Virus record (IMG/VR): IMGVR_UViG_3300045284_000273
DNA length: 55,491 nucleotides
Direction: 5' to 3' (one strand)
DNA from: an uncultured virus (IMG/VR IMGVR_UViG_3300045284_000273)
Lineage: Duplodnaviria > Heunggongvirae > Uroviricota > Caudoviricetes
This document shows, one piece after another, positions 28,530 to 37,120 of the stretch. Position 1 is the first letter of the stretch, and the number at the start of each line of letters is the position of its first letter. The notes beneath the pieces were generated by a model, which saw nothing but the letters and a program-made list of their open reading frames with translations, searched no databases and was not told the DNA's origin. Made by a program: the position numbers and the translations under genes.

Positions 28530-29369
28530 ATGACATCAGTGCTGGAGGTGGCCGCCGGAGTCCGGATGTTGCTGCGTGACTTCCCCAAGTATTTCGAGAT
28601 CAGCGAAGGCCCTCTCAACGTCCTCACCATCCGCCTCCCTCATCCCCTGGTCACGCCGAACTCGCTGCAGGTCTACACGGTCACCGCTACCGACCCGGTG
28701 ACGAGCGCGCTGACCGACAGTTGGACGCTCGATGAGCGCAACGGCCTGCTCAAGCTGACCGACGAGGCCCTGCTCCAGAGCAACATCGTGGTGGCCGGGT
28801 ACTATCACACTTGGTTCAGCGATGCCGACCTGGCCAAGGCGATCCACGACACGTTCGTGGAAGTGCTCTACAACACCGAGGACACGCTCGACACGCTGTC
28901 CGATGCCGAAATCGAAGTGGCCCAGATCGGTGCGGTCGTGAGGTCGTTGTGGTCGCTGTCGATCGAGCTTGCTCTCGATATCGACGTATCGACTCCGGAG
29001 GGCATGTTCATCCCTGCCCACCAGCGCTACACCCAGGTGCTGCAGATGATGCAGTACTGGGAGAACGAGTACACCACCAAGGCCGCATCGCTGAACATGG
29101 GCCTCGGCAAGCTGGAGCAGTGGCGTCTGCGCCGAGTCAGCTACACCACGGGTCGCTACGTGCCGGTGTACCAAGACCGCGAGTTCGATGATCCACGTTG
29201 GCCGAAGCGGCTCTACCCGCCGATCCCCGAAGGCACCACCGACGAGTCGGAGACGCCGACGTGGGCCAAGGTGCGCGAACTGGAGCAGTTGAGCGGCCAC
29301 GGCATCAACTACCCAGCGGTGACGTTCCCGTCGTTCCTCGGAACAGGAGATGAGACGAGGATCGAGTAA
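28530..29369 (+). CDS. head-to-tail adaptor-like protein
   Basis: VR..L.D, FSDADL, position in the neck module. Confidence 0.55.
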   Translation: MTSVLEVAAGVRMLLRDFPKYFEISEGPLNVLTIRLPHPLVTPNSLQVYTVTATDPVTSALTDSWTLDERNGLLKLTDEALLQSNIVVAGYYHTWFSDADLAKAIHDTFVEVLYNTEDTLDTLSDAEIEVAQIGAVVRSLWSLSIELALDIDVSTPEGMFIPAHQRYTQVLQMMQYWENEYTTKAASLNMGLGKLEQWRLRRVSYTTGRYVPVYQDREFDDPRWPKRLYPPIPEGTTDESETPTWAKVRELEQLSGHGINYPAVTFPSFLGTGDETRIE

Positions 29370-29935
29370 TGGAGGTCCGCCGAGAAGCCCGTCAGATATG
29401 GAAGCACTTTGAGCGGTATCACAAGACCATAGGCGAAGCCGTGATCTACTACCGCTTCGATGCCGACAACAGCGAGTACGACGCTGTATACGACGAGGGC
29501 TATCGGCGGTATCACACAGGTGTGCGGGTGCCGGTGCTGTGGGTCGATCAGACCGAATCCACCGAGGACTACACGTCCGAGGGCCGACGACCGACACAGC
29601 GCCTGCGCTTCGCCGTCTCGGCTCGGGAGATGTACGAGGCAGGCTTCAGCGTCACCGAGGTTCACGGCAACCGGCTGCAGGACACGTCGCCATCGGACAT
29701 CTGGCGGCGGGACCGGATGCACGACATCTGCTACTACGACGGGCGCTACTACGAAATCAGCGCGTATCAGATCAGGGGCCGTGTGCAGGGAGAAGACGTG
29801 ATCATTGGTATCACATGCATCGAAACCTTCCCCGACGACGACATGATCTTCGACTACCAGCCAGGGACCGCGCCTGCAGGCCTCGGGTTCGGTTCCGGCC
29901 CCTATGGCTCCGGCCCATACGGAGGTATCACATGA
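29369..29935 (+). CDS. head closure/stopper-like protein
   Basis: D.VYDEG...D.I.YDGR.YEI; neck position. Confidence 0.55.
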   Translation: MEVRREARQIWKHFERYHKTIGEAVIYYRFDADNSEYDAVYDEGYRRYHTGVRVPVLWVDQTESTEDYTSEGRRPTQRLRFAVSAREMYEAGFSVTEVHGNRLQDTSPSDIWRRDRMHDICYYDGRYYEISAYQIRGRVQGEDVIIGITCIETFPDDDMIFDYQPGTAPAGLGFGSGPYGSGPYGGIT

Positions 29936-30474
29936 GTTCCTACACACCACCAGTCGCTGGCCAAGACCCCTGGGACGCAGACCTCAACGCCACGCTCGAC
30001 TATCTCAACGAGCAGATCAACAACTTCGCAGCGATGATCGGCCCGATACAAGTCCATCTCGGCCAACTGGACACCAGTGTCAACGATCTGCAGACCCGCG
30101 TCGGCGCTTTGGAGAGCAGGCCCGAGTACCTCTACAACAGCGCTCCGTGGCAGTTCTCCAACGCCGCGCCGCCAGCCACCGGCAGTCAGTTGCGGCTCGA
30201 TAACACCAACCCTTCACTGGCCACGTTGATTGATATGCGGCTGATCGACTCCGATGGAGCAGACCGTACGCCGTGGATCAGAGCCTCTGGTACCGCTGGT
30301 TCAAGACTGCAACTCACCGATTGGGACAATGCCGCCAACACGCACCGCTTCCTGGTGACAGGTACACCGACCATAGGTGCCACCAACGCCGAGGTTCCGG
30401 TCTCGTGGGTATCCGGCACTGGTGTGATACCAAACGCCAAGATCAACGTCGGCTTCCTCGTCGTCTTGATGTAA
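29932..30474 (+). CDS. minor tail/fibre protein
   Basis: P..GQ.PW...LN plus coiled coil; GGAGG RBS. Confidence 0.65.
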   Translation: MSSYTPPVAGQDPWDADLNATLDYLNEQINNFAAMIGPIQVHLGQLDTSVNDLQTRVGALESRPEYLYNSAPWQFSNAAPPATGSQLRLDNTNPSLATLIDMRLIDSDGADRTPWIRASGTAGSRLQLTDWDNAANTHRFLVTGTPTIGATNAEVPVSWVSGTGVIPNAKINVGFLVVLM

Positions 30475-30483
30475 GGAGTTCCA

Positions 30484-31431
30484 ATGACCGTCACCGAACC
30501 GCTCCCCGGCAACTACGGCCTCGCCAACTGGGTCGATTACGTCAACTACTGGCGTGAATCCGACGCCGAGTGGATTCAGGCCCGCGCCAACGTCCGCGTG
30601 GCCGACAACACGATGCGTGACGGCTTGTCCGTCACGCCCGGTCAGGTCGTCTACAACGCTGCCTCCGATCGTTTGGAGCTTCGTACCGCCGCCAACGCTT
30701 GGAGGCCGCAGACGCCGTTCCCGGCCAGCCTGGTGGTCACTGAAGGGGCAACAACGACGATCAGCCACAACGCCTCGGCTGGCAAGGGTGTCATCTATGG
30801 GCCGACCGAGGTCGGTATCAACCATCAACTCAACGTGCTCAACGGTGTGCTCACCGTTCCCGCTGACAGTTCGGGGGTGACGATCAAGACCGGGGCGAAG
30901 ACGGTGAAGCTGAGCACGAGCGCCACCGACCTGGTGTCCGATAGCCCGGTATCAGCGCCAGCGTTGACTCTCTCCGGCACCGGAACCGTGCTCAGTGCTC
31001 CCGGCAAGGCCATCGCGGTCGGCACCATCACCGCCGACACGTCCACGCTCGGAGCCGCATCGGCAACGACCTTGGCAGTCAGCGGCGTGGCCACCATGGG
31101 TGGCACGCTCGGGGTCAGCGGAGTGCTCACAGCCAACGCCGGAGTGGTCACCAACGCTGCGATCCACACCGGGGACGCCAGTGGGGCGGTCATCCAGCAG
31201 CGCAACTCGGGGACAGGAGCGCTCGGTGCCGCCAAGTTGGTAGTGCTCACTGCTGCCGTGGAGACATCGGGCGGGCCGCTCAACGTCCGCAGTGGTATGT
31301 CAATGTACGGTGGCAACGTGATCAATTACTTCGACGCCGGAGGTACGCAGCGCGGCAACTTCGCTCCCCACTACTACGGTGCCGACCCTGGTGTCGGCAA
31401 TGTCCCCGAAGGCTCGATCTGGGTTAGCTGA
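30484..31431 (+). CDS. tail fibre-like protein
   Basis: Thr/Gly/Val-rich beta repeats; C-terminal G.IW. Confidence 0.65.
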   Translation: MTVTEPLPGNYGLANWVDYVNYWRESDAEWIQARANVRVADNTMRDGLSVTPGQVVYNAASDRLELRTAANAWRPQTPFPASLVVTEGATTTISHNASAGKGVIYGPTEVGINHQLNVLNGVLTVPADSSGVTIKTGAKTVKLSTSATDLVSDSPVSAPALTLSGTGTVLSAPGKAIAVGTITADTSTLGAASATTLAVSGVATMGGTLGVSGVLTANAGVVTNAAIHTGDASGAVIQQRNSGTGALGAAKLVVLTAAVETSGGPLNVRSGMSMYGGNVINYFDAGGTQRGNFAPHYYGADPGVGNVPEGSIWVS

Positions 31432-32339
31432 TGACCGTCCAGATCAAGTCCGGTGGTGCCTGGCGCACGGCCACCAATGGTGGCATCAGGATGCGCAATG
31501 GTGGGGCGTGGAAAGTCGCCAATGGCCTGTACATCAAGTCGGGCGGGGTGTGGCGCGACTCGTCCTATCGGGGCTATCCCAATCCGCCAGGGACCCCCAC
31601 GGTCTACGACTGGAGCTTCACAACCGTCAGGGTCCAGTGGCCCGCTCCGGCAGCCGGTGGCGCTCCTACGGTCTCCACCGATGTGGTGATGACCAACAGT
31701 GCTCTCAATCCCGACTCACCAATGCAGTCCCAAAACATCCCGGCCAACTCTGGGGTTTCCAACCCCTTCAATGTGGCCGAGGATTATCAGGTCGCCTTCT
31801 TCGTGCGTTCGGTCAGTGCGGGTGGTTTGAAGAGCGCTTGGGCAGCAGTATCACCAGTGCGGGTGCTCATCGGTCACAGTCAGCTTTCGCACACCGTCAC
31901 CGACACGCTCACTCGACCGTGGTCGAACTCGATCCAATTCAACGGCATGCACCGAGACGAGCAGGCTCCGATCTACGTGCCCAGTTCTGTCCAGATATAC
32001 AACTGGCACGTCTACTGCTATCTCAACTTCCCAGGCCCGTACGTCTCTGGTGACCCTTCGGCGGGCAACAACCGTCAAGTCAACAGCATGTACGTGAGCC
32101 AAGATGTCGGCCCCAACTTCGGGTATCCATGGAACCAATCGAGTTTCGAGACAGACGTGTCGATTTCCGCCAACGGGCAGAATGCGTACTGGGGCTTCTA
32201 CACTCGGGGCATCGGTTGGTCACCTCCTGGTATCAACTCTCAGTTGCTCTATGGCTCATTGCGCATCGACGGCACCGAGACTTACACCCAGGACCGAACC
32301 GTCATTGATCGGAATTACCAGGCCAATCAGTACTGGTAG
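31431..32339 (+). CDS. fibronectin type III-containing receptor-binding/tail protein
   Basis: Three K.GG.WR repeats, then P.PP.TP......V.WPAP..GG FN3-like segment. Confidence 0.65.
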   Translation: MTVQIKSGGAWRTATNGGIRMRNGGAWKVANGLYIKSGGVWRDSSYRGYPNPPGTPTVYDWSFTTVRVQWPAPAAGGAPTVSTDVVMTNSALNPDSPMQSQNIPANSGVSNPFNVAEDYQVAFFVRSVSAGGLKSAWAAVSPVRVLIGHSQLSHTVTDTLTRPWSNSIQFNGMHRDEQAPIYVPSSVQIYNWHVYCYLNFPGPYVSGDPSAGNNRQVNSMYVSQDVGPNFGYPWNQSSFETDVSISANGQNAYWGFYTRGIGWSPPGINSQLLYGSLRIDGTETYTQDRTVIDRNYQANQYW

Positions 32340-32349
32340 GTTCGCCCGA

Positions 32350-32625
32350 ATGAACGAAGCCGTAGCACAGATGGCGGCGCGGCGGCTCTCCGTCGATGTC
32401 GCCAACCTCACCTATCGACTGGCGTTTCTGGAGGCAGCGCGCGACGAGATCGTGGAGGTCTGCGATCTGCTCAACCCCGATCTCTGGGTGCGCTCGGTAT
32501 CACTCGGTGATACCGGGGTATCGGCAGCACAGGACTCGGGCCTCGGCCTCACCACACTCACACTCACCGGCTTCCAGGCCGACGCGATGGAGCGATTGAT
32601 GGTCGCACTGCAGGGCCTGTTGTAA
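32350..32625 (+). CDS. hypothetical protein
   Basis: TAGGTT-N7-ATG. Confidence 0.55.
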   Translation: MNEAVAQMAARRLSVDVANLTYRLAFLEAARDEIVEVCDLLNPDLWVRSVSLGDTGVSAAQDSGLGLTTLTLTGFQADAMERLMVALQGLL

Positions 32626-32680
32626 GGTTGGCTCATCTCGGCCAAGCGGGTCGCGATCACAACAGCCCAACGGAGTAGCA

Positions 32681-33049
32681 ATGGCGAACATCGCCATCAG
32701 CCAGCAATGGCTGGATTCACTCTCGCGTTACGTCGAGGGTGTGCAGACCGAAGCCACGCAACGCTCTGAGGCTGTTATCAACTACTTCCACGACAGGGTG
32801 GTTGAGCGGGCACGGGAGACGCCGGGTTGGCAGGACCTTGCCGACCAGATCACCGTGTGGTCCGAGGATGGCCTGCTGTACATCGGCGTCACGTCGCAGG
32901 ACTACGTGAGCCAGGCGTGGGCGATCGAGTACGGCGATGCCGACAACACCCCCAATTCGCTGTTCCGCACGCTGACCAGTGAGGTGTCGTTGGCCAACGC
33001 CTACGCCCGCACCGCGGCCCAGGCGCGCTACGGAACGAGGGTCACATGA
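32681..33049 (+). CDS. neck protein (HK97 gp10-like)
   Basis: A.AIEYG....PN..FR motif. Confidence 0.55.
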   Translation: MANIAISQQWLDSLSRYVEGVQTEATQRSEAVINYFHDRVVERARETPGWQDLADQITVWSEDGLLYIGVTSQDYVSQAWAIEYGDADNTPNSLFRTLTSEVSLANAYARTAAQARYGTRVT

Positions 33050-33777
33050 GCATCCGACCGTTGACCGCAGAGCCGGACATTTGGCAACACACCGGCTTCA
33101 TGTTGGCCGAGGACGAGGCGCTGAAGAGCTATCTCTCCGGCATCGAGGTTCCCGGCCAGAAAGAAACCGACCCGAAGGTGAAGGTCGGTGTGTGGTTCCG
33201 CTGGCCGACCGGCGAGCGCCAGATCAGGTACCCGTTCATCACCATCGACTCGATCACTGCCGAGCCTGCCTATGAACTGTTCACCAGCGACCACTGGGAG
33301 CCGGTGGAAGGGCTATACCGCCCAGACATCTCCACGCAGTTGCCACCGCCTCCTGGTGGGTGGGGGCTGATGAGTTACCAGATCAGGAACTTCCTGCCGT
33401 TCCGGTTGGTGTACCAGGTCAACGTGTACTCACGGCACAGTCTTCACGACCGCTATCTGCGCTCGATCTTCGCCACCGACGTGCTGCCGCAGCGACCCTT
33501 CTGGATCGCAGTCGATGTCGATGGAACGTGGCGGCGTACTGAGCAGATCGGTTACGCCGCCACGGACCAATCCGAAACCAACGAGTCGGGCACCAAGCGC
33601 ATCTTCCGCAAGGTGTACACCGTCTCGATGTTGGCCGAGGTGCCGCAGACGCGGCTCGTTGACTCGGCCTTCTACAAGGTCTTCAGGGTCCACATCCCGG
33701 TCTACGACCGCCAGATGATCGACCACTACTTCGACGTTGACCACGAGGGCGTCGAAGTGCCAACCCCTTCTCCGTGA
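33046..33777 (+). CDS. tail terminator/completion protein
   Basis: YPFITID, position before sheath. Confidence 0.6.
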   Translation: MSIRPLTAEPDIWQHTGFMLAEDEALKSYLSGIEVPGQKETDPKVKVGVWFRWPTGERQIRYPFITIDSITAEPAYELFTSDHWEPVEGLYRPDISTQLPPPPGGWGLMSYQIRNFLPFRLVYQVNVYSRHSLHDRYLRSIFATDVLPQRPFWIAVDVDGTWRRTEQIGYAATDQSETNESGTKRIFRKVYTVSMLAEVPQTRLVDSAFYKVFRVHIPVYDRQMIDHYFDVDHEGVEVPTPSP

Positions 33778-33852
33778 TACCGCCGCCTGGCATGTAGAAC
33801 TAGCTGTCGCACTCCTTCGGACCACACGTCTTATCTTCGCAAGGAGCGACCA

Positions 33853-35490
33853 ATGCCATTGACATACCGCCGCCCTGGCGTGTACTTGGAAGAGAGCCTT
33901 CTCATCAACCCGTCCGATGTGGCGGGGACGGTGACGGTGGCTTGCTTCGTCGGTGCAACAGCCAAGGGTCCGATCAACGAGCCGACTCTGTGTGAGTCGT
34001 GGAGCGACTTCGTGACGCTCTTCGGTGACTTCAACACCTTCGCCATCCCAGGCGGGACGTTGAAGTGCCTCTCATACCTGCCTTTCAGTGTGTACTCGTT
34101 CTTCCAGAACGGAGGGCGCTTCGCCTGGATCATCCGCGCGGTGGACGGCACTGCCGGAGGCACACCAGCCACGATCGACGTGAACGGCAAGGACGCCACT
34201 GGCGACCCGCTGCAGTCGTTCTCGTTGCAGGCGCGGTCACCAGGCACCTGGGGTGACTCGATCAAGTACAACTTGGCCACACAATCGACCGTCGATCCCA
34301 CCGGGCCAGCGCCAGCCGACGTGTTCGTGCTGCAAGTCCTGATGCGCAACTCGGCCGGTGTCGATGAGGTCGTGGAGACGTTCCCCGGCCTGTCGATCAT
34401 CGGGGACATTGCGGGCACGCGGCGTGTCGATTCGGTGGTCAACGACCCATCCACCGGCTCGCAGTACGTGTGGGTCATGGACCTCAACGAAGCCCAGCCA
34501 CAGCCGACGCCGACGACCAACGCGGTATCTCTCGCTGGTGGTGTCGATCCTGGTCTGCCCGACTCGGCCACGATGGTCGCTTCCGCTCAGGCTGTCACCA
34601 AGCTGGAGGGTCCGATCACCCTCAACATCTGCGGGTATCTCAACGATGCCTCCAAGCTCGACTCTGTTGACGCTGCGTCGGCGTGGGTCAGTGGCACGGT
34701 GTCTTCGACATCGTTCACCGATCGGCAGGACATCTTCATCGTCAACGACTCGGCTCCCCCTCGGGCACCGGGGGCAACCTCGTCGGCCTACAAGAGCACG
34801 ATCCAGTCGAGCCTCGGAGTCAACACTGGCGACAGCTACAGCGCCGCCTACACGCCGTGGATCATCATCCCCCATCCCGCTCGGGTGGGCACGACGATGC
34901 AGATTCCGCCCGGTGGAGCGGTGATCGGCATGATGACTCGCATCGACGCGGTGGTCGGCGTGTTCCGTGCACCGGCTGGTGTCATCGCCGGTCTGTCCAA
35001 CGCTGTCGGCGTGCAGACCAAGTTCACCGACACCGAGCTTGGCGACCTCAACGCCAGCAACATCAACGTGATCCGCTCCGTGGTCGGTTCCGGCATCTGT
35101 GTCATGGGTGGCCGGACCCGCAAGACCTACGGAGTTGACAAGTACGTCAGCGCTCGCCGGACGCTGATCTACATCAAGGAAGTCCTCCGGCGCTCGACCC
35201 AGTTCGCCGTCTTCGAGAACAACGACCAACGGCTGTGGTCCGCTCTGCGCATGGCAGGCGACCGCATCCTCCGGCCGCTGTGGGAAGCGGGCGGCTTGCG
35301 TGGGGCCAACGCGAACGAGGCGTACTACATCCGCTGCGACGACACGATCAACACCCCCGCGGTGATCCAAGGCGGCGAAGTCCGCATGGAGGTCGGTGTC
35401 GCACTGGAGTACCCCGCCGAGTTCGTGATCATCCGGGTGACCCAGTTCGATCAGGGCACCTTCACCACCGAAGTCCAGCCAGCGGCCTGA
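33853..35490 (+). CDS. tail sheath protein
   Basis: RPGVYLEE, FFQNGG, PPGGAV.G, APAG, FAVFENND..LW, PAEFVIIR. Confidence 0.95.
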   Translation: MPLTYRRPGVYLEESLLINPSDVAGTVTVACFVGATAKGPINEPTLCESWSDFVTLFGDFNTFAIPGGTLKCLSYLPFSVYSFFQNGGRFAWIIRAVDGTAGGTPATIDVNGKDATGDPLQSFSLQARSPGTWGDSIKYNLATQSTVDPTGPAPADVFVLQVLMRNSAGVDEVVETFPGLSIIGDIAGTRRVDSVVNDPSTGSQYVWVMDLNEAQPQPTPTTNAVSLAGGVDPGLPDSATMVASAQAVTKLEGPITLNICGYLNDASKLDSVDAASAWVSGTVSSTSFTDRQDIFIVNDSAPPRAPGATSSAYKSTIQSSLGVNTGDSYSAAYTPWIIIPHPARVGTTMQIPPGGAVIGMMTRIDAVVGVFRAPAGVIAGLSNAVGVQTKFTDTELGDLNASNINVIRSVVGSGICVMGGRTRKTYGVDKYVSARRTLIYIKEVLRRSTQFAVFENNDQRLWSALRMAGDRILRPLWEAGGLRGANANEAYYIRCDDTINTPAVIQGGEVRMEVGVALEYPAEFVIIRVTQFDQGTFTTEVQPAA

Positions 35491-35508
35491 TCCCAAGGAG
35501 GTATCACA

Positions 35509-36132
35509 ATGGCAACAGCACCAAGCCTTGCGGATCGGACACGGCTTCGCGCCGACCCGGTGCGCAACTTCAAGTTCCAAATCCAACTGTTCCATAGCGA
35601 CGCGACGCTCTCGCGGCTCATCGGTGAGATGGGCTTCATGAGCGTCGAAGGCATCGCCATGAACACCGAGATGGTGCCCTACCGCGAAGGCGGCTGGAAC
35701 ACCAACCCGCACAAGCTCCCCGGCCAGACGGACTTTGCTCCGCTGACGATGAGCGCCGGGGTGTTCCACACCAAGCCCGGTATGTGGAACCTCGCCAAGC
35801 AGATGTTCTCGGTCCAGTGGGGCCAGGGGACCATCGGCATGGGCGAAGAGTTCCGCTACGACATGGCCGTGCGTGTCCTCGACCACCCTGTCACCGATGG
35901 GCCGGAGTCCGGCTCGACGCGCGACACCAGTGGCTCGATCATGGCCTTCGCCTTCTACAACTGCTGGACGGCGAGCATCGGTTTCAACAACCTGAGCGCG
36001 ATGGACAACGCCGTGCTCATCCATCAGATGACGGTCCACCACGAGGGCTTCGACGTGTTCTTCGGAACCGTCGATGCTCAGAACCTCCGACACGCAGGTG
36101 CCGGTGGCGGGGCTGGCGTCCGCATCTCGTAA
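35509..36132 (+). CDS. tail tube protein (T4 gp19-like)
   Basis: DPVRNFKF...GF.SVEG......YREGG.....HKLPG.T. Confidence 0.92.
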   Translation: MATAPSLADRTRLRADPVRNFKFQIQLFHSDATLSRLIGEMGFMSVEGIAMNTEMVPYREGGWNTNPHKLPGQTDFAPLTMSAGVFHTKPGMWNLAKQMFSVQWGQGTIGMGEEFRYDMAVRVLDHPVTDGPESGSTRDTSGSIMAFAFYNCWTASIGFNNLSAMDNAVLIHQMTVHHEGFDVFFGTVDAQNLRHAGAGGGAGVRIS

Positions 36133-36150
36133 CCACAGGAGTATCACAAC

Positions 36151-36975
36151 GTGACTGACGTACTTACGTCTGAAGAACCAACTCGGAGCAAGCAGGATCA
36201 GATTCGTGCTGCCAAGGAGGCAGTGGCTGGTCCGATCCCACTCATCGCTGATGCGCCCAAGGTAGGGTTCAGCCTGCCCCGAGGTCTCTTCGATAGGGGG
36301 GTATGGCACAAGGAAGTGGAAGTGCGCGAGTTGACCGGGGCCGACGAGGAAGCCCTCGCCAAGGTTCCCGATCAACTCGCTTTCTTCTCGACGGTCATCG
36401 CACTGGGGGTGGTCAGCATCGGTGCGATCGACCTGTCCACCCTGCCGGTGGCGGAGCGCAAGTTCCGTCTCGGTGAGCTTCTGCTCGGTGAACGAGAGCA
36501 GTTGTTCCTGCAGGTGGTGCGGGCCTCGTTCGGGGATGAGAAGGTCATCCCGTTCACTTGCAACCTGTGCAACGTCGAGCAGGAGGCTGCCCTGATCCTC
36601 TCCGTGGACCTCCTGCCGAAGGAGGTCCAAGACGTTGACACACCGCTGTTTCACTACACCACCAAGGACGGTGACGATCTGGAGTTCCGTCCGGCCATCG
36701 GTGCCGATCAGGAGGAAGCGATCGGCAAGAAAGGAGCTACTGCTGCAGAGCAGAACACAACGATGATCGCCCGCTGTGTTACCAAGCGCAACGGGCAGTT
36801 GATCCCCGACCCCACAGGGTTCTCCCGAAACCTGGGTATCAGGGACCGTCAGGCACTGCTCAACAAGCTCGTGGAGCGTCAGCCATCGGTGGACCTCGAC
36901 GTGCAGACGAAGTGCGTTGGGTGCGGAGGTGATCAGACGCTCTCCCTCGGCTGGGGCGATCTGTTTCGTCCCTAA
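36151..36975 (+). CDS. tail assembly chaperone / baseplate hub assembly protein (T4 gp26-like)
   Basis: VRELTGADEE, L.L.GER..L, two CxxC pairs; between tube and tape measure. Confidence 0.8.
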   Translation: MTDVLTSEEPTRSKQDQIRAAKEAVAGPIPLIADAPKVGFSLPRGLFDRGVWHKEVEVRELTGADEEALAKVPDQLAFFSTVIALGVVSIGAIDLSTLPVAERKFRLGELLLGEREQLFLQVVRASFGDEKVIPFTCNLCNVEQEAALILSVDLLPKEVQDVDTPLFHYTTKDGDDLEFRPAIGADQEEAIGKKGATAAEQNTTMIARCVTKRNGQLIPDPTGFSRNLGIRDRQALLNKLVERQPSVDLDVQTKCVGCGGDQTLSLGWGDLFRP

Positions 36976-37120
36976 CGAACAGGCCCTCTTCGTCAACTAC
37001 GACGTGATTGCCAACAACTATCCCGGCTGGAGCCTGAATGAGATACGGGCCATGCCACAACGACAACGTGAGTACTGGTTGAAGATGATCCGCTGGAAGA
37101 AGGAACGCTATGCCGGATGA
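36971..37120 (+). CDS. C-terminal extension of tail chaperone (probable +1 frameshift product)
   Basis: +1 frame after TTT CGT CCC TAA; GWSLNEI..MP..QR.YW. Confidence 0.55.
   Translation, partial: PNEQALFVNYDVIANNYPGWSLNEIRAMPQRQREYWLKMIRWKKERYAG

Noticed and set aside
34237..36996. 919-aa minus-strand ORF (likewise 50858..53086, 20805..22649, 15079..16623, 28536..29597)
   Set aside because: Antisense shadows of well-supported genes, expected in high-GC DNA; no recognisable motifs
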